Position numbers and translations under genes: made by a program. DNA of 50,789 nucleotides from an uncultured bacterium (GTDB taxonomy: Bacteria > Margulisbacteria > WOR-1 > XYC2-FULL-46-14 > WPAF01), in contig CAIYXV010000112.1 of assembly GCA_903930225.1 (NCBI GenBank), positions 1 through 50,789 of the forward strand. Reading direction: 5' to 3'. This document shows, one piece after another, positions 46,401 through 50,789 of the stretch. Within the stretch, counting starts at the first letter, position 1. Every line of letters starts with the position of its first letter. The notes under the pieces are model-generated. The model made no database searches. It was not told where the DNA came from and saw only the letters and a list, made by a program, of their open reading frames with translations.

Positions 46401-49231
46401 AGGTCCAAAACGCGGCGCTTGAAAAAATGAACCGCATCAAAGAACTTATTGGGGACATAGTTAACCAGGGCAAAGACGTTAAAAGCCGGCTGGCGAGGGT
46501 ACTTGGCGGAGTAAGGCCGAATTCTCCAAACGCCATGGATACAGCGGCCTATATTTCAAGCACCATCGCGCGCGCCATGCTCCAGACCCAGATGCAGGCG
46601 GTGCAGCAGTTGGTAGGGCGTATGAACCAGATAAACCAGGCCGAAAAAAACGCCATCCTGCAGTCGGTAAGCACCGGCATTTCGGCGGTACAGGTTGCGC
46701 TTTCGGTGGTAAACTTCGCCAAGACCAACGGGGCAATGAAAGAATTCAAGGATATGCAGAAGGATATACAGAGCAAGCCGGAAGCGAAAGACAAATGGGA
46801 CCAGAAGGAGATCAACCGCAGGACCGAAAATTACAAGGAAGCGCTAAAGACCAGCCAGAATATCGGCTACGTGAATTTGGCTTTGTCCGTGGTCCAGACC
46901 CTTATCGATTCATTACTTATTGCTTCCGACCACTGGAGCGCCGGGCCGGACAAAAATGAAAAAGCGGTCAGCGAAAGCAAGAACAAGGAAAATGTCGCAA
47001 AAAGCCGGCAGGCGATATCTTCCGCGCAGGGAGCGTCTGTTTCATCTTACGGAGCCCAGCTCGATTCGATGGAAGCGGAGTCCACCACTCTCGCTCTTGA
47101 TTCCGGCAATGCAGACCTTGACATGCAGTTCCAGGAGATATTAAGGAACGCGGACACTCAGCTGATGAATACCTCCGAAAGCCATTTAAAGAGCCTTCTC
47201 GGCCAGGCGACCAGCCTGATGGACGGCGTGAGCAAAAAGGACTCGGCCAAGCTGGCGGTCGAATACGGCAAGCAGAGGCTGGATATTCAACAGAAAGAAG
47301 ATGACTTCAGGAAAAAAGCGGCCATGGCTGCCGCCGCCGATGTGCGCTATGCTCAGGCAAAACAGGCGCTTGAAACATACCGCCCGGAACAACAGCCCGA
47401 TCGTGCAAATCAACCGATGTCGGGCAGGCTTGAAAAGCTTTTGGCGGATGTCGAGAATGCGAGGAGAGAAGTTGATGCGGCGAAGGCAGATGTGGTAAAA
47501 AGCTATAAAGATTGGAAAGAAAGCGCGGGCAAACTGTTAACGATCGTGACCGCTCAAAATGCACGGTTGGGCAAAAAGACCGATCTGCCGCCGGAGCTTC
47601 AAGCCATGGCTGATGATCCGGTTTCCGATGAGAAAATATTTGAATCAGCCAAAAAGGTCAGCGAAGGGCAGCCGCTCGATCTTACTTTTGAGACCACGAT
47701 CGAAGGGAAAAAAGTAGACATCACCCTGACCATGGCGGCGGACGGGACCCCGAAGATCAATTATACAAACGATCAGGGAAAACAGGTTTCAATGACCCTT
47801 CCCGAATATGCAGCTATCAGGGAAACGGAGCTGAAAAACAAGGCTCAAAAAGCCGATGGTGAGGCGACCATCAGGGAGAACGAGTCAACCCTGGCGGACC
47901 GGGATGCGTCCAAAGCTGAACGAGAAGCCAAAGAAACAAAACTCCCAAGCGCGGCGGCGGACGCAAAGGAAAAACGCAGGATCGCCACAGAAAAGAAAAC
48001 TATTGCCACGGAGGCACGGGAAGCCCACAAAGCCGCCGCCGCAAAGAAATATGATCTTATGCAGGATGAGGTCATCAAGCGGATGGTCGGACAAAGTGTC
48101 GAATCTTATGATAAGACCTCCCGGGCGATGGCAAGGTTCATGGAAGATGTGACATCTATGTCCACCTCGGTTTCACAAATGTCTTCCGAAGTGTCTATTG
48201 AAGCGGACAAAGCGATGGCCGCCATGAACAAGATGGACGAGGAAGTAAAGGAAAAACGGGGGAACCGGGAGCTTAAGGAGCTGTCGGCAGAAGAGCTCCA
48301 GTCGCATTATGATACCGTTTATAAGGAAGTGTTCCTGCCGACCAGGGCGGAACTCCAGCAGATACTCAAGGATAAAAGCCAGGTCAATTCGGAGCTCCGG
48401 CAGCTTAAGGCCGAACAGAAAACGGAAGATGACCTGATCAAAGCCGGTGAATTGAAACCGGAAGATGTTAAAGAAAAGGCCCAGGTTCGCCGCAACCGGA
48501 TCGCAGAGCTCGAGGTAAAGATGGGCGATATTTCATCGAGAGAAGGAGCCTGCCGCGCCCGGATCAAATCGTTCAACCAGTACATCGGCCAGATTAATAA
48601 TGAATTCCGTGCCAAGACGGTCACGACCGATAATCCAAAAGGGAAGGACCTGAAACCGGCTGCTTCTCCTGACGCTACTACGGCCGTGACCAAGCCCAAG
48701 GCCGAAGGAAAACCGACGGCTGGACCCGAGATCGCTCCGAGCGCCGGGAAACCTGTATCTAAACCTTTATCAGACCCGGTCGTGCAGGCCGTGCTTCAAG
48801 GAAAAGTGTTTATTGAGAACGGCAAAGTGAACGTTAACGGCAGCGGGAAAATGGCAGTTGAGGATGTGGTAACCAAATTAAAGGCGGCGCTCGAAGACCC
48901 GAGGATATCAAAAGATCAGAAAGCGATAATCCAGGCCGAGATCAATCGCCTGTCTACTGAGGCGGCGGTCCCGGCCACAACCCCGGACAAGGCGGAAAAG
49001 ACCTCCACCGCTTCATCTGCGGCCACGGCAGAATCCGGTGAAGTCAAGAAAGAAGAATTGAAAAGTGGTAATATATGGAAGTCTGAGTTCGCGGAGGATC
49101 TCAGACTTGTGCTGGCTAAGGTCGACGATGCGAGCGGCAGGCTCAAAGGCTATGCCCAGACGATCGAGCATCTGACCATTCGGGTTGATAAAATTAAATC
49201 GTTCGCTCCTAAGGAATCTCTAACCGCATGA
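43466..49231 (+). CDS. Giant hypothetical protein (1921 aa) with tandem helical repeats and hydrophobic hairpins; putative multi-translocator/pore-forming protein
   Basis: Long ORF; no signal peptide; Pro-rich N-terminus; five ~200-aa repeats; hydrophobic segments at about aa 438-498, 663-712 and 867-908; coiled-coil C-terminal half. ORF is solid, product call is inference. Confidence 0.7.
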   Translation: MVNGVNPNPNIDKLNQKNDVYQGSINPSFIPSNEPEPGETKSTTDSTLISSTTPGAVNSAMSSAIYNAGGVQKPEDIGYIKNTPTPPSPTPPSPPPPPPGDAGGVGGSTPTGGTSGDTSTGMDVAGDVDQGMDDFWNSVLNDPLYDTDINGFESLNGDKLEALYRQLLSLMNTRLFMMMFLEQRGEIRDMLFKAFISADLSDVSKKTSLVELTGKSNAKLAKFFQKGIAILMTNIKAHNDAVLAEKLKEADDAKGSGWDNYWSSNGDQEDALQMAEDAKKEYKDAMDRSIASLNRVFGGSFVGLTPETKAKGDEVMNDLKNSESHLTYDADGYVDTGAFKQYIVDLRNEFIGLLNVNRLVVSSARQKESMQKAMFEAITGKSGLSERLGGAEEGVESENAHQAVLFDQTASSILEVQKVKNDIKFIQKQIEKIDDSMWATVLGNIFEAVAIVATIVVAVAVSIVTWGSATAGAVAGAVALVALIVAVCAGVLAATFKYVGAEIGDAVDDAYDPSVDTYNPKMREKDRVKHSMLDQADELEYEEQMLVNGVGMGQIDTLSDDYLAVNNGQIANLTRQLNGLQNAMRVIAKMMKQQAEIRRMIQRALTGLSGGSASGNLTSAALEDVLKQMGMQFQALVSNLSEYKDAQNNEIQQAKAMEAARINFAVSMVTAVVAAIIGAVIPGVGGLMGALIGFSVGMTLGSAIAGMITASLYDTRNITYAPNVNDWRPIGSEGKGRTGSVLANLDTEAFNVYDELFSVGTCDAGDGNIGLNTNKIQAMQKRLENIFITIGNIASTIEAKSKMLKAIWQSLGVVTDETESISDMVRGNFETQMKVFHSAVSALSEKVEVANRANAAQQQYDNATTKLIVTVALLAVSAVIGGATGLTSVFNLCLSVTNLTVSAIDMINAWMRARNDTGELGTMAAQTTPEDAKSVKQKMSAEQQLLEKAEEIEAGISVNSGMIVQGGGGNYGINSGMFEVQNAALEKMNRIKELIGDIVNQGKDVKSRLARVLGGVRPNSPNAMDTAAYISSTIARAMLQTQMQAVQQLVGRMNQINQAEKNAILQSVSTGISAVQVALSVVNFAKTNGAMKEFKDMQKDIQSKPEAKDKWDQKEINRRTENYKEALKTSQNIGYVNLALSVVQTLIDSLLIASDHWSAGPDKNEKAVSESKNKENVAKSRQAISSAQGASVSSYGAQLDSMEAESTTLALDSGNADLDMQFQEILRNADTQLMNTSESHLKSLLGQATSLMDGVSKKDSAKLAVEYGKQRLDIQQKEDDFRKKAAMAAAADVRYAQAKQALETYRPEQQPDRANQPMSGRLEKLLADVENARREVDAAKADVVKSYKDWKESAGKLLTIVTAQNARLGKKTDLPPELQAMADDPVSDEKIFESAKKVSEGQPLDLTFETTIEGKKVDITLTMAADGTPKINYTNDQGKQVSMTLPEYAAIRETELKNKAQKADGEATIRENESTLADRDASKAEREAKETKLPSAAADAKEKRRIATEKKTIATEAREAHKAAAAKKYDLMQDEVIKRMVGQSVESYDKTSRAMARFMEDVTSMSTSVSQMSSEVSIEADKAMAAMNKMDEEVKEKRGNRELKELSAEELQSHYDTVYKEVFLPTRAELQQILKDKSQVNSELRQLKAEQKTEDDLIKAGELKPEDVKEKAQVRRNRIAELEVKMGDISSREGACRARIKSFNQYIGQINNEFRAKTVTTDNPKGKDLKPAASPDATTAVTKPKAEGKPTAGPEIAPSAGKPVSKPLSDPVVQAVLQGKVFIENGKVNVNGSGKMAVEDVVTKLKAALEDPRISKDQKAIIQAEINRLSTEAAVPATTPDKAEKTSTASSAATAESGEVKKEELKSGNIWKSEFAEDLRLVLAKVDDASGRLKGYAQTIEHLTIRVDKIKSFAPKESLTA

Positions 49232-49851
49232 CGATGCGTAAAATCGAAGAAGCCAGGGCCCGGGCGGAAGCATTAAAAAAAGAGCATGACGCGCTGGTCT
49301 CCGAACTGGCCAAGAAGAAGGCCGAGATCGACGGAATTGCCGCCGGCCATGATAAATACAAGGATAACCCCGCGATGCTTTCCCAGCTTGAAGAGGTCAT
49401 GAAAAAGAGGATGGAAGAGCTTTCCGCCCTGATCAGGAATATTGATGAGCTTGGCGATAAGATCAAAGCCGTGAACGAAGAGCTGAACCGCTTGTTTGAC
49501 GAGATAAAAACTCAGATAAAGCGTGTGCCTGCTAAGGAGTCCCCGATTGTAAAGATCGCTAAAACCCCATTGGCCGAAAAAATGCTGAATCAGGCGATGG
49601 CGGTAAAGCCCCTGGTAAAGCAAGACATCCCAGTTGCCAAACCCGCTGCCGCTAAACCAACCCCGGCTGTAATTGAGAATAAAAAGGAAGCCCCGGCGCC
49701 TGTAAAGGAAGCGGAAAAAAAGATCAAAACTGAGGTCAAAAAGACAGCTCCTTCAGGGGACCTTTATGATAAAGCCGCCCGCGAAGCCAAAGCGCAGGAA
49801 GAATACTTGAAGAAAATGTCCGGTTCCCACAAGGATTACGGCGCAGCTTAA
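49228..49851 (+). CDS. Coiled-coil hypothetical protein (207 aa)
   Basis: ATGA-coupled to the giant gene; heptads over aa 1-98; K/P/A-rich tail. Confidence 0.75.
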   Translation: MTMRKIEEARARAEALKKEHDALVSELAKKKAEIDGIAAGHDKYKDNPAMLSQLEEVMKKRMEELSALIRNIDELGDKIKAVNEELNRLFDEIKTQIKRVPAKESPIVKIAKTPLAEKMLNQAMAVKPLVKQDIPVAKPAAAKPTPAVIENKKEAPAPVKEAEKKIKTEVKKTAPSGDLYDKAAREAKAQEEYLKKMSGSHKDYGAA

Positions 49852-49875
49852 TCCCGCCCCCTGGCCTTAAAATCC

Positions 49876-49905
49876 ATGCAAGTTTTTACGCTCCCCCCCC
49901 GATTA
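49876..49905 (+). promoter_or_regulatory. Sigma-28-like promoter copy 4
   Basis: ATGCAAG-N15-CCCGATTA. Confidence 0.65.
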
Positions 49906-49920
49906 TATATGTGAACGCAT

Positions 49921-50142
49921 ATGCAGATATCAAATTCAATAAATAACAATATGAGCTCGGTGAGGGAGAACGTATTGGATGCCCTTAAGAGCGGGAATGT
50001 GTCAGACGGCCTTAAAGCGACCGATCTTTTTTTAAATTCTAATAGTGGTACTTGCGTTTCCATTTCCAAGACTGATGATGTTGCCACTTTGGCTCATCAG
50101 CTCCTGGGAGGAAAAATGACCCAGGTTAACACGGTAGTCTGA
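49921..50142 (+). CDS. Small hypothetical protein (73 aa)
   Basis: Directly after promoter copy 4; N/S-rich N-terminus. Confidence 0.55.
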   Translation: MQISNSINNNMSSVRENVLDALKSGNVSDGLKATDLFLNSNSGTCVSISKTDDVATLAHQLLGGKMTQVNTVV

Positions 50143-50155
50143 AAGGAGAAATGAA

Positions 50156-50371
50156 ATGACAGAAACTACAGGCGCCGCCGGACAGATAAAACCAGGTTTT
50201 CAGTCTGAAACCGGACGAGCGATGATCAACGAGCTCAAGACCATCCTTGGCGGAGATAAGGGCGTCAATACCAATACCGATCTTAATGCCAAGTCGGAAG
50301 AGATCGTTAAGGCCAATACTTCGATCGCCGGCGGAAATTCGGCCTTGGGACAAAGAGGAGTAGTAGTCTAA
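50156..50371 (+). CDS. Small hypothetical protein (71 aa)
   Basis: AAGGAG Shine-Dalgarno; TAATG overlap with the next gene. Confidence 0.65.
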   Translation: MTETTGAAGQIKPGFQSETGRAMINELKTILGGDKGVNTNTDLNAKSEEIVKANTSIAGGNSALGQRGVVV

Positions 50372-50652
50372 TGGAAATTCAGGGTATTTCAGGTAAACCC
50401 GCAATTGCGGCAAAACCGGAAACAAACAACCAGGCGACGCGCGCCGATGGGGCCAGCTTTTTGGGCTCGATCACGGAAGCGGTAAAAGCGGGAAAGATCG
50501 TTATGCCAGGCGGGACCAATATGGAACAGCTCGATTTTAAGAAGACAAAAGTTAACGGGGAAACGGGTATCAAGGCCGAAGAAACGGAAGAAGAAAAGAT
50601 CAAAGGGTTTCTGACCAGGATAAAAAATATTCTGGATAAATCAAAAAAATAA
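50371..50652 (+). CDS. Small hypothetical protein (93 aa)
   Basis: GAGGAG Shine-Dalgarno; translationally coupled; contains ASFLGSITEAVK. Confidence 0.7.
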   Translation: MEIQGISGKPAIAAKPETNNQATRADGASFLGSITEAVKAGKIVMPGGTNMEQLDFKKTKVNGETGIKAEETEEEKIKGFLTRIKNILDKSKK

Positions 50653-50667
50653 AGGAGGTGATACGAG

Positions 50668-50789
50668 ATGATAAATATGGAAGTAGCACTTGACTGCGCG
50701 AAGATGATCGACGACCGTTTGAACCTGCTTGAGCATGTGAACACCTTGACGGCTGATGGAGATGGTTCGACCGATATCAGCACGTCGGA
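50668..50789 (+). CDS. Hypothetical protein, 3'-truncated by the window edge
   Basis: Strong AAGGAGGTGA Shine-Dalgarno; open frame MINMEVALDCAKMIDDRLNLLEHVNTLTADGDGSTDISTS to the end. Confidence 0.6.
   Translation, partial: MINMEVALDCAKMIDDRLNLLEHVNTLTADGDGSTDISTS

Noticed and set aside
43466-49231. Phage tape-measure protein or flagellin
   Set aside because: No recognisable phage structural genes nearby and no flagellin terminal motifs. The tape-measure option is disfavoured rather than excluded without a profile search.
1-50789. tRNA, rRNA, T-box leaders and IS transposases
   Set aside because: None recognised; pheS and alaS have no leader space for a T-box.

Overview
Bacterial chromosomal window of about 50% GC from a diderm organism. 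The LptD-like gene, the cyanobacterial-type GuaB3 IMPDH and a strong CGATCG excess suggest a relative of Cyanobacteria such as Saganbacteria/Margulisbacteria; this is inference only. Bases 1-10 kb hold a surface-glycan cluster (GT2s, rmlC, rmlD, GT4, O-antigen ligase-TPR, WcaJ-like transferase). Bases 10-41 kb are mostly housekeeping (trmH, pheST, dnaB, lptD-like, tmk, alaS, ruvX, mltG, guaA, guaB, htrA, glyA, ftsEX, SurA/PrsA-like, phosphoglucomutase, PBP1A, plsC). A few accessory genes are interspersed (C39-like peptidase, transglutaminase-like protein, VWA lipoprotein), along with three kinds of palindromic repeat. From 41.4 kb to the window end lies a co-oriented cluster of at least 10 genes I cannot assign to any family. 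It is preceded four times by an identically spaced motif, ATGCAAG-N15-YCCGATWW, resembling a sigma-28/FliA promoter; a fifth copy precedes the distant C39 peptidase. The centrepiece is a 1921-aa protein with five tandem ~200-aa helical repeats, at least three ending in hydrophobic hairpins, like several type III secretion translocators fused together. Best candidate novel system: an alternative-sigma-controlled regulon of putative type III/flagellar-type export substrates with a tandem multi-translocator protein.
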